The notes under the pieces were generated by a model that was given only the letters and a program-made list of their open reading frames with translations, was not told the origin of the DNA and did not search any database. A program made the position numbers and the translations under genes. From Rhabdochlamydiaceae bacterium (GTDB taxonomy: Bacteria; Chlamydiota; Chlamydiia; Chlamydiales; Rhabdochlamydiaceae), in NCBI GenBank assembly GCA_047459655.1, contig JAJREF010000001.1:264219-328218 (forward strand): a stretch of DNA of 64,000 bases. Reading direction: 5' to 3'. Every line of letters starts with the position of its first letter. The stretch's first letter is position 1. Below are positions 21,411 through 30,534 of the stretch, in pieces.

Positions 21411-22296
21411 CTAAAACCTCCGATAAAATCTCATCTGGAATAGGACTACAATATTCCCCTCCAAACGGTAAAGGCTCCCCTATTTTTTGTAAAAGCACAA
21501 AACGGGGCATCCCTTCTTTAGATTTTTTGTCTCTTGCCATTGCATTTTTTAGCGCTTCTTGAGAATAGAGAATCTCTTTTTTGGAAAAAGGGTTTGAATG
21601 AGGCTCCAATCCTTCTCTTTCAGAAGACCCATACGATAGGCACACTGACATTCTACCCGGACTCCTAGACTCACAGCTTCTCCGTGGGACATTTCATATT
21701 TAGAGAGGCGCTCAAGAGCATGGCCTACGGTGTGTCCCAAGTTGAGCAAGCGCCGCCGACCTATTTCTTGATCATCAAGCGCGATGATCCTACGCTTAAC
21801 CTCAATTGCCTGAAAAATGTCTTGCGTATGCAAAAGGCTCTCATCGGCAATGAGACCCATTTTCATGATTTCTACTTTCCCGTTATACTTTTCTTTCTCT
21901 GGAAGTGTTTTTAAAAAAAGGGGATCGATGATCACTTTTTGTGGATGGTAAATAGCCCCAATCATGTTTTTTCCAAGAGGAGTATTGACCCCATTTTTAC
22001 CCCCAATAGCAGCATCCACCATTCCTACGAGTGTTGTTGGGATTAAAATGAGTGGAACACCTCTACAAAAAGTAGCTGCCAAATAGCCTGCCATATCTGT
22101 AACGACCCCCCCCGAGGCCTATAATCACGGTGTCCCTGCCATGCCCTGATTCCAAAAGCAGATCTTCTAGCTTTTCTTTCGTCTCTCTTGTTTTATACTT
22201 TTCTCCAGGAGGAAAAGAAAAAACAGACACATTTCTATTCGCATATTTCCCGTATAGAGCTTCTACGGTATGATCTGTGATCATTGCATACTGCAT
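21376..22296 (-). CDS. aroB: 3-dehydroquinate synthase; frame broken twice
   Basis: ORFs 22063..22296 (GRDTVIIGLGGG), 21549..22094 (IPTTLVGMVDAAIGGKNGVN, LNLGHTVGHALE) and 21376..21651 carry the N-terminal, middle and C-terminal parts. Confidence 0.85.
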
Positions 22297-22299
22297 GTT

Positions 22300-23378
22300 T
22301 TACAACCTGGCACAGCGGTTAAGGAGAAGAGCATCTGCTAGCACTAGAGAGAGCATTGCTTGCACAACTGGAACAGCTCTAACTGCAACGCAAGGATCAT
22401 GTTTAGAGCCTGATGGCAAATGGAAAACGCCCGGTTGTTTCTCTAAAGAAAGCGTTTCTTGCTGGGCATATATGCTCGATGTTGGCTTAAAGGCGACAGA
22501 TCCCATAAGAGGCATGCCTGTAGAAATACCTCCTAAGACACCACCTGCGTGATTGGTTTTTGTTGTCACTTTCCCCTCTTCACAAAAAAAAGCATCGTTG
22601 TGATAAGAGCCTTGCATAGAAACAGAAGAAAAACCAGACCCTATTTCAAACCCCTTGGTTGCAGGGATAGAAAGCATCGCCTTCGCTAAATTAGCTTCTA
22701 ATTTTTCATACACAGGATCTCCCAATCCCGTTGGAAGACCTAAGGCAACAAAATTAATTGCTCCTCCAAGAGAGTCCCCTGATTGCTTGACCTCTGCTAT
22801 TTTTTGTTTCATTTCTTCCTCTTTGACTGGGTCAGGACAAAAAATAGTGCTTTCTTCAATCAAGTGTAAACAAGAAAGATCAACCTCTGCACATATGCCC
22901 CCAACCTGCGCAAGATAGGCAAAACAAGAGACTCCAAAATGAGCAAGTAGTTTTTGAGCAATAGCACCAGCTGCAACCCTGCAGGCCGTTTCCCTTCCAG
23001 AAGCTCTTCCCCTCCCCTATGATCAAACACTCCATACTTCTCTAAATAAGTATAGTTAGCGTGCCCAGGTCTTAGCAAATGCTTCACTAAGTTGTATTTT
23101 GTAGAATCAGGATTACAATTGGGGATGAGAATAGAAATCGGAGCGCCCGTTGTTTTTCCCTCAAATACGCCTGAGAGGATTTCAGCTAAATCAGATTCTT
23201 GTCTAGGTGATGTCAGAGGATGGTTCCCCGGAGATCTTTTTCTCAGCGCTTTTCGAACATCTTCCTCAGAAATTTCTAGTCCTGCAGGACAACCATCGAC
23301 GACAACGCCGATAGCTTTTCCATGAGATTCTCCCCATGTCGTGATCTGCAAGAGAGTTCCAAATGAGTTATGTCCCAA
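22300..23378 (-). CDS. aroC: chorismate synthase; frame broken once
   Basis: TTG start at 23378. N-terminal ORF has [21 protein letters not shown] and [11 protein letters not shown]-terminal ORF 22300..22863 has GGISTGMP and [13 protein letters not shown]. The junction is near 23000. Confidence 0.9.
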
Positions 23379-23794
23379 ATTGCCTCGTAGATAGATACTC
23401 TCCGAGAGTACATATCCTCAAATTCCCTTTCAATATCTTTTCCTAAAAAAAATGCAGGATAAGGCTTTTGCAAAAGACGCGCTTTCACAACTGCTTTTTC
23501 TTCTTTGATGTAGATGATCTTACCAATCTTTTTAAATAAGGCAACATTGTCAGGATCAAGAATAGCTCCACCCCCTGTTGCAATGACGGCACGTTCTACG
23601 GTTTCTAGGAAGGCAATCGCTTGTTTTTCAGCTAATCTAAAGGCCTCTTCTCCTACTTTTTCATAAAAAGTCCGGCAGTCATCTGCTATGAGATAATCTG
23701 TATCGATAAAATCATAGCCAATTTTTTTAGCTAAAGCCTTGCCAAACGTTGTTTTCCCACATCCCTTAAACCCGCATATAACTAGATTACTCAA
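23276..23794 (-). CDS. aroK: shikimate kinase (3' end overlaps aroC, uncertain)
   Basis: Walker [18 protein letters not shown], plus DTDYLI and [11 protein letters not shown]. Confidence 0.85.
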   Translation of the reverse strand: MSNLVICGFKGCGKTTFGKALAKKIGYDFIDTDYLIADDCRTFYEKVGEEAFRLAEKQAIAFLETVERAVIATGGGAILDPDNVALFKKIGKIIYIKEEKAVVKARLLQKPYPAFFLGKDIEREFEDMYSRRVSIYEAIWDITHLELSCRSRHGENLMEKLSALSSMVVLQD

Positions 23795-25053
23795 TATGAG
23801 CTCCTAAGCCTTTGAGTTGCTCAAAAAAGCGTGCATAACTTTTAACCACACATTCACTCCCTTCGATAATCGAACCTCCTTCAGCCCCTAGGCTGGCAAC
23901 TGCCAGTGACATTGCCATACGGTGATCAGCGTGAGATTCTAAAAAAGCACCTTTTAAATCAGAAGACTTTACTGTAACCCCATCCTTTTGCTCTGTGATA
24001 TGCGCGCCCATCTTTTTCAACTCTGCGACAATGCAACTAATACGATCTGACTCCTTTTTGCGAGCAATTGCTCCCCCAATAAGTTTAGTTGTTCCCTCTG
24101 CAAAGCACCCTACAACAGCTAAAAGAGGAAGAGCATCGATAAACTCATTTACATCGACATCTACCCCCTGCAATTTAGGTCCTTTAAGCACCTGGATTGT
24201 TTTTTCCAAAGGATCAATTTTAATACGCGCTCCCATGCGCTGCAGAAGAAAAATCACCTCCTTATCCCCTTGAACATCGTCGATATCAACATCCGTCAGA
24301 GTGAGCTCAGAATGAGTGATGATTGCAGCTACAATCGAATAACTAGCAGAACTCAGATCAGAGGGCACTGTGAAGTTAAAGCCGTGAATGATAGATCCCC
24401 CGGAAGGAAATATCTTTCAAAACGATCATGCTCATAAGCAATACCTAATCTGTCAAACCAATCCAACGTCAACCGAATCCAAGCCTTCTCACCAGGGTTC
24501 TCCACAAATAGCTCTGTTGCCCCTTGCGCAAAGGCAGAGGCAATCAGTAGCCCTGAAATAGGCTGAGAATCTTCCCCATTTACAAGAGCAGCCCCCCCCT
24601 TAGTGGCCCTTTGACGATGATAGGGGCATGCCCATCTCCTCGCAAAGAGACAGCAAAAGCACCCAATTGTGAAAGGCCCTCCAAAAGCGGCAGAACAGGC
24701 CTAGAATGCCTTATTGAGTGATCGCCAGTAACAACGCCATATCCGGGGAAAAGCGCTAAAACAGCCCCTACAAAACGTAAAACCTGCCCAGAATTACCCG
24801 CATCGATAACATCTTCTGGAGGGTGTAAATGCCCCCTAATTTCTAGGCGCTCATCAAAAACCGTAATATGGGCTCCCAGCTGCCTACAGGCCTTGATCAT
24901 TGCCTCGGTATCAGGGGAGTGGAGATAATTACAAATTACTGACTCTCCATGAGCCAGTGTGGCAAACAGAATCGCTCTTAATGTATGTGATTTAGAAGGA
25001 GGAACCTGGATAGTTCCCCCCAGAGAAGAGGGCCTTAAATAAACCGAGACCAT
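23787..25053 (-). CDS. aroA: 3-phosphoshikimate 1-carboxyvinyltransferase (EPSP synthase); frame broken at least twice
   Basis: N-terminal ORF 24580..25053 (VPPSKSHTLRAILFATLA, DAGNSGQVLRF). C-terminal ORF 23787..24368 (DHRMAMSLAVASL). The middle part, 24368-24600, is readable only with frame changes. Confidence 0.9.
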
Positions 25054-25689
25054 CTACAAACCAGCACTTGCCTCATCATTGATCCCTAAAAGCTCCATTT
25101 CAAAGATCAAAGTCGAGCAAGGTGCGATTTCATTCCCAAAACCTGACTCCCCATAAGCTAAATAATGAGGCACAAAGATATTCCACTTATCTCCTACGCG
25201 CATGAGTTGAAGCGCTTCAGACCACCCAGCAATCACACGGTTTACAGGAAACACATGGGGTTTATCTCTCTCATAAGAGCTATCAAAGACCCTTCCATCG
25301 ATGAATTTTCCACGGTAGTGCACAGTCACAACATCGACAAGTGTTGGCTTAGCCCCATTTCCTTGCTCTAGCACCTGGTATTGCAGGCCTGATGTTAGAG
25401 TCATTATCCCTGGTTCTTCTTTGTTTTTGGCTAAAAAGGATTCCCCTTCTTTCCTATTATGTTCAGAGAGTTTTGTGATGAATTCGCGCTGCTGCTTTTC
25501 AACTTGTTGCTTAAGCGCTTGCATGATAGAGGAAACCTCTTCTGGAGGTAGCTTTTGAGACTTACCAAAAAGAGCATCATTGACACCCTCTAGTAAGCGC
25601 TGATATTCAATATCTGAGAATTGTCTGAGTAAATTTCTAACCGTTTCTAGACCGATACAATAGCTAACCTTTTCCTTCATTGAGTCCAT
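25054..25689 (-). CDS. FKBP-type peptidyl-prolyl cis-trans isomerase (FklB/Mip-like)
   Basis: 211 aa with LQYQVLEQGNG, VTVHYRGKFIDGRVFDSSY, VIAGWSEALQLM and LAYGESG. Its stop codon abuts the aroA ATG. Confidence 0.85.
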   Translation of the reverse strand: MDSMKEKVSYCIGLETVRNLLRQFSDIEYQRLLEGVNDALFGKSQKLPPEEVSSIMQALKQQVEKQQREFITKLSEHNRKEGESFLAKNKEEPGIMTLTSGLQYQVLEQGNGAKPTLVDVVTVHYRGKFIDGRVFDSSYERDKPHVFPVNRVIAGWSEALQLMRVGDKWNIFVPHYLAYGESGFGNEIAPCSTLIFEMELLGINDEASAGL

Positions 25690-25778
25690 TATAAAACCTC
25701 CCTTTTAAAGAAGCTTATAACGAACCTGTGAAAAGCTGGCAATTAAAAGAAAATGTTTTAACATTTGACGAACCTTAA

Positions 25779-25940
25779 GGAGCCTCTGGATAAGTGCTTT
25801 GTCAGAGATTGCTGATCAATTTTTCGAAGAAGACGATTTTGGAGAGCGCAGCTAACATGCAGAATGTTCGTGAGTTCGAAAAATTTAGTATTCGCAAAAA
25901 TTGAAAGCAAGATTCGGCAAATGACTTGTCCAGAAACTCC
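25779..25940 (+). mobile_element. 162-bp MITE-like palindromic element, copy A
   Basis: The termini GGAGCCTCTGGATAAGTGCTTTG and CAAATGACTTGTCCAGAAACTCC are inverted repeats. The element is flanked by TTAA at 25775-25778 and 25941-25944. It is about 90% identical by eye to copy D. Confidence 0.8.
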
Positions 25941-26182
25941 TTAAAGTGCAGAACTTATTCCTTCACTTAAGACATTTTCCTTGTTAAAAAAAAGCATGTA
26001 TTTTTCCTTAGCCCTTCTCACATATACCATCACTTTGTGTGAAAATAGAATCTGATGGGAAAACAAGGCATAACAAGACCTCTCTAGCAACGCCAATGAA
26101 AAGCCCCGTCCTTGTAAAAAAAGATGGTATTTCCAACTGTAGACTCATTAGGAAACACCATCTAATTCTACTTACAAGAATT

Positions 26183-26488
26183 TTACCTGCAATAAAAGAT
26201 AATCCTTCTACAACTAATGGTCTGATCTGCTGCGGCACTATGCATTTCCATCGGAAGATCATTACTATCAGGCGTTTCCAGTTGAGCTGTTAAAATAATA
26301 GAAGAAGCTATCCTTGCCGCTGCAGCTGATCCCGCAAGCCACATTGCCGTGTAAGCAGGAGCTACACAAACAGTTGATGCAAGAACAACGTAAGTAGCAG
26401 CTCCATCTACAAGAAACCTGCCTAACTGATGGCAGTGAGGATGAGTTTCCCGATCGATGTAACTTCTTATGCCGCTTATTAGATTCAT
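26183..26488 (-). CDS. hypothetical hydrophobic protein, possibly a fragment of one larger broken gene spanning 26008..27569
   Basis: 101-codon ORF with a hydrophobic core (AATYVVLASTVCVAPAYTAMWLAGSAAAA). Its ATG overlaps the TGA of a short open frame upstream. ORF 26008..26262 could continue it after a frame change. Confidence 0.3.
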   Translation of the reverse strand: MNLISGIRSYIDRETHPHCHQLGRFLVDGAATYVVLASTVCVAPAYTAMWLAGSAAAARIASSIILTAQLETPDSNDLPMEMHSAAADQTISCRRIIFYCR

Positions 26489-26663
26489 GTTACACCCCAG
26501 ATCATGTCGTAACCATGGCCAGCCATATTAGCAAAGGTATCTGTAGAACCAATAGTCGCACCTACAAAAATAGCTCCACTGACATTTCTAACCGTTTCGA
26601 TCTGCGGTTTGTGAGTCTGGCAAATATTCTACTACAGTCTTTCCAAATTTTGCCTTAGGGGGA

Positions 26664-27569
26664 TTAGCTGTTTCTGGAGTACAAGTATCTTTCTCCAGGA
26701 TTATTTATCCAGTCTTGATCATTCGGATCTTCTTGCTCATCTACATAAGCACCCACACTCGTTGCTTCTTCTAATGCATCGAGTCCTTTCCCAACCATAT
26801 GAAGAGTTGGCTCATAAGAAAGAGCCGCTGCAATCAAACACGTAGCTCCGCTAACTTGCTGAACAGTTCGCAAAACTGGCTTATAAGCCTTAATTTGGTT
26901 TGCTAATACAGTTCCAGCGCTGATTGGAGATCTAATAGCCAAAAACTCTTGAACTAGCTTATCGGTTGGGACCAGTCCATTAGCAGCCTCTGGCAATTCA
27001 GAAATAGTTGGTTGTGAAGGTTGCAAACCACTCAATGCTTCATCAAGATAGGAAACATCTTCTATATCCCTTTTAGGAACATTCCCCAATAACGAACTCA
27101 CCATAGTAGAAGCTATCCCGACATTTCCTTGAGAACCTCTTAGAAGGCTATGAACTCGATCTGCAATAGACAAGACCCCGATCGCACCAACTGCCCCTGC
27201 AGCAACTGTAAATAATGTAGGGTTCTTCTTATAGTTTGCATAAGCCATAATGATTGCTAATAAGACATTCCCCAACGGAACCCCAATCAATGGAGTCAAA
27301 GCTGAAGCTCCCAAAAATGTAAGAAGAAAAACGGCCCTAATTTTTTTAGACAGGCTGCTCTCCGAAAGGATTTGAACAGCACCTAAACCAATTCCTATAT
27401 GCGTATATTGAGTCACTGCGACATAAGAAGTAAGCACACGCAAAGCTAAGCATGTAACGGTTGAGGAGGGCAGAATACTATAGACCTCTTCTAATCCCAA
27501 TTTCTTCAGACCTCTTTCTAGGACTGATTGATCAGCACCAACTTTAACAGCAGCATTATCAACATCCAT
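26664..27569 (-). CDS. hypothetical multi-pass membrane protein (Inc/effector-like candidate)
   Basis: 301-codon ORF behind a 346-bp AT-rich leader (27570-27915). Several hydrophobic segments (AVFLLTFLGASALTPLIGVPLGNVLLAIIMAY, TVAAGAVGAIGVLSI). No known domain recognised. Confidence 0.5.
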   Translation of the reverse strand: MDVDNAAVKVGADQSVLERGLKKLGLEEVYSILPSSTVTCLALRVLTSYVAVTQYTHIGIGLGAVQILSESSLSKKIRAVFLLTFLGASALTPLIGVPLGNVLLAIIMAYANYKKNPTLFTVAAGAVGAIGVLSIADRVHSLLRGSQGNVGIASTMVSSLLGNVPKRDIEDVSYLDEALSGLQPSQPTISELPEAANGLVPTDKLVQEFLAIRSPISAGTVLANQIKAYKPVLRTVQQVSGATCLIAAALSYEPTLHMVGKGLDALEEATSVGAYVDEQEDPNDQDWINNPGERYLYSRNS

Positions 27570-27915
27570 AAAAACAACTCCTTTTTATTATTATAATTTA
27601 ACTTTTATACTAATATTATATTATAATGTTTAATTGAAGTAAACAAATTTATATATAAAATCGCGTTTTAATTTTAATTAACTTAATGCACATGTAAAAT
27701 ATTTTACGCACAAAAAAACAGCAGAATATACTCATAAACTATTGTCTATAAATAAGTTATAAACCATTCATTATCAAAGCGCCTATACCGATATTCCTTA
27801 AAATTACAACAAGCTTATTATCAATAGATTACAAAAGCAGTGCCCATTGCATTTGAAAAATTCGCAAAAACAGCACTACTCGATTTAGACTCATATATGC
27901 TATACTTCCTCTCTT

Positions 27916-28734
27916 ATGAAAATGATTGTTGAAACACCCGCTCTCATCTTAGACATTTTGCAGCAGCTGAGCCCCGACAGTTCAAAAAATAATTTGAAAT
28001 CGTGGATCGAACAAGGAAGGGTCGCAATTGATGGTAGGCTCTCCTTGCGATGGAATAGACGCGTGCTTAGAGGTGAAGAAGTTGTCGTGCGACCAAAAGT
28101 CCAACTAATCGGTGGAGGGGTTAAACTACTCTTCGAAGACGACCACCTCGTAATCATCGAAAAACCCGTTAAATTACTTTCAGTTGCTAGTGAGACCGAG
28201 TTCGAAAAAACCGCCCACAACATTTTAAAACGCAGAACAAAAAACCGCGTATGGCCTGTACACCGCCTTGACAAAGATACATCTGGCGTGATGATGTTTG
28301 CGTATACAGAAGAGGCAAGAGATAAACTCAAAGAGAAGTTTGAAATTCACGATATTGAAAGAGAATACCATGGCCTTGTTGAGGGAATTCTAACACCTCC
28401 AAAAGGAACATGGGAGAGTAACCTTGTTGAAGATGCAAACTACTTTGTTAGAAGTGATGAAACAGGTAGAAGAGCTGTGACCCACTACACCGTCATCTCT
28501 CAAAACGCAACCGTTGCTCTTGTGAAATTTCAGTTAGAAACAGGAAGAAAAAACCAAATTAGAGTGCACTGCTCTGATGCAGGACACCCGATTGCAGGCG
28601 ATCTTAAATATGGCTCAAAAATCCGATTCTTTAAACGCCTCTGCTTACATGCTTCCCTCTTAGGATTTGAGCATCCGATCACTAAAAAGAAGATGTCTTT
28701 TACCGCCCCTCTACCACCTTTCTTTCATGCTTGA
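27916..28734 (+). CDS. RluA-family pseudouridine synthase with an N-terminal S4-like domain
   Basis: 272 aa with the catalytic motif VHRLDKDTSGVMMFA, plus GRKNQIRVH and LHASLLGFEHP. Confidence 0.9.
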   Translation: MKMIVETPALILDILQQLSPDSSKNNLKSWIEQGRVAIDGRLSLRWNRRVLRGEEVVVRPKVQLIGGGVKLLFEDDHLVIIEKPVKLLSVASETEFEKTAHNILKRRTKNRVWPVHRLDKDTSGVMMFAYTEEARDKLKEKFEIHDIEREYHGLVEGILTPPKGTWESNLVEDANYFVRSDETGRRAVTHYTVISQNATVALVKFQLETGRKNQIRVHCSDAGHPIAGDLKYGSKIRFFKRLCLHASLLGFEHPITKKKMSFTAPLPPFFHA

Positions 28735-28854
28735 ATTTAGAGGTAATTGCAAACTCAGGTTCAGTCAAATTTGTGGATTATTTTGACGAACGCTGAATTT
28801 AAAATTACCTCTTTATATATAAGTCTGTTAGAATCCCTTGTAAAAGGAGTTCAT

Positions 28855-29358
28855 ATGACAACTGTGACCATGAAAGGCAAGCCCGTTTCCATCAAAGGAT
28901 CTTTCCCTAAACAGGGATCTCATGCTCCTGATTTTTCTTTAGTCGATGGAGAGCTAAAAGATAAAACTCTTGCTGATTACAAAGGGGGAAAAAAGATCAT
29001 TTCTATTGTGCCCAGTTTAGACACTCCGACCTGCTCTATTTCTGCTAAGAAATTTAACGATGCAGCCCTCAAAGATAAAGATTGGGTATTCATCGTCGTC
29101 TCTTGCGACCTCCCTTTTGCCCAGAAGAGGTTTTGTATTGCAGAAGAGGCAAAACACGCCATTACACTCTCCATGATGCGCTCTAAGAAATTTGCCGAAG
29201 ATTATGGTGTGCTTATCCAAGACGGCCCTTTAGCTGGTCTTTGCACACGAGGCGTACTCGTCCTAGATGAAAACAATAAAGTGCTCCATGCAGAACTCGT
29301 CCCTGAAATCACCAGCGAGCCTAATTATAAGGCTGCTTTGGATGCTCTCAGGTCTTAG
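28855..29358 (+). CDS. tpx: thiol peroxidase
   Basis: ATG at 28855 sits behind AAAGGAG. APDFSLVD, SIVPSLDTPTCS (peroxidatic Cys) and VVSCDLPFAQKRFC (resolving Cys) match Tpx. Confidence 0.9.
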   Translation: MTTVTMKGKPVSIKGSFPKQGSHAPDFSLVDGELKDKTLADYKGGKKIISIVPSLDTPTCSISAKKFNDAALKDKDWVFIVVSCDLPFAQKRFCIAEEAKHAITLSMMRSKKFAEDYGVLIQDGPLAGLCTRGVLVLDENNKVLHAELVPEITSEPNYKAALDALRS

Positions 29359-29575
29359 GAACGCAGTGTTTAATAACTTCTTTATCAATATGGGGTTTGC
29401 AGGATATGAACTCGTCTAATGGAACATTATTTGGAATCAGCCTTTCGACCCCTTGACTGTCTCTGTAGACCATGTCTTTATCTCTAAATTCCTGCATTAA
29501 CCATGATTTTATAGATCGCTATTAACGCTCATGCCCTTAAGGAATTTCTGGAGAAAGATCACGTATTAACATTAA

Positions 29576-29737
29576 GGAACCTCTGGACAAGTCATTTGCC
29601 GAATCTTGCCGCCAATTTTTGCGAATACTAGATTTTTCGAACTCGCTAACATTCTGCATGTTAGCTGCGTTCTCCAAAATCGTCGTCTTCGAAAAATTGA
29701 TCAGCAATCTCCGACAAAGCACTTGTCCAGAGGTTCC
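29576..29737 (-). mobile_element. 162-bp MITE-like palindromic element, copy B (inverted relative to A, C and D)
   Basis: GGAACCTCTGGACAAGT...ACTTGTCCAGAGGTTCC, flanked by TTAA at 29572-29575 and 29738-29741. A degenerate end-like sequence, TTAA-GGAATTTCTGGAGAAAG, lies at 29537-29557. Confidence 0.85.
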
Positions 29738-29953
29738 TTAAGGCTCAAGCTAGCTGTTTAATAAAATTTTTAATATATTTTAATGCTGGCTAAAACAAAA
29801 ACATTATCTTATTTTTCAATGCTTTAGGGCAGTCCATAAACTATGCAAGATAAAAAAAAATTTAATTTACTAAAAATCAAACATTATATAATATATACGC
29901 AACATCAAATTAATAGATGTTTTTTATAATTAAAAAAATAAAAAGAGGATTAT

Positions 29954-30481
29954 ATGTCACCAATAATAACATGCGTCAAATACGTAATGGAATCATTTCC
30001 TAGCTTTACGCTGATGCCGAGTAAACATATTACAGAGACTTCAGACAAGATATTTCGATTCGCTGTTGCTTCTACACACTCAGCTGGAGAAAAAGCGGAA
30101 AAAATGATCGATTTTCTTGCCACACAAAAATCCTTGACCGTTATTCCTAAAGAAGCATTGGACTACACAATAACTTTTTTCAATGACCTACATAAAGAAA
30201 TAAATTTTTCAACAGCTCACGCTTTTAATAATATACATATTAACCTTCAAAGATACAGGAACCTTAATACGTATATGAATCTAGGTGGACTTGGCTTGTT
30301 ATGTGGTGGGCTTGTAGGACGTGCCTATACTCCTGAGGCAAACAAAAAAACCCGCTGGGCTTATACAGCACTTGGGGTTGCAGGTGCCGCTTGTATCGTC
30401 TTAGCAAGTGTACACACCCACTTTGCTACAAGAAAGATAATAGCAACGTTAATTCAACCAAAATTGATTGGACTGTTATGA
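29954..30481 (+). CDS. hypothetical protein with a bilobed hydrophobic domain (Inc-like candidate)
   Basis: 175 codons behind an AT-rich leader, with AGAGGA at 29944-29949. Two TM-like lobes, LGGLGLLCGGLVGRAY and WAYTALGVAGAACIVLASV, are about 13 residues apart. Confidence 0.5.
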   Translation: MSPIITCVKYVMESFPSFTLMPSKHITETSDKIFRFAVASTHSAGEKAEKMIDFLATQKSLTVIPKEALDYTITFFNDLHKEINFSTAHAFNNIHINLQRYRNLNTYMNLGGLGLLCGGLVGRAYTPEANKKTRWAYTALGVAGAACIVLASVHTHFATRKIIATLIQPKLIGLL

Positions 30482-30534
30482 CTCAATTGCGTGGGAGGGA
30501 GCAATTCAGCTCCCATCCTCGCATATCTTACCTT

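Noticed and set aside
29359-29486. A 42-codon minus-strand ORF (MVYRDSQGVERLIPNNVPLDEF...) next to MITE copy B, considered as a possible transposase remnant.
   Set aside because: It lies outside the repeat end, on the exterior side. It is too short and has no recognisable motif.
29537-29722. ORFs lying inside the 162-bp repeats: 29537..29722, 34820..35122 and 61570..61782.
   Set aside because: They are translations of the MITE sequence itself. The same peptide recurs in either orientation and none has a ribosome-binding site. This is repeat DNA, not genes.
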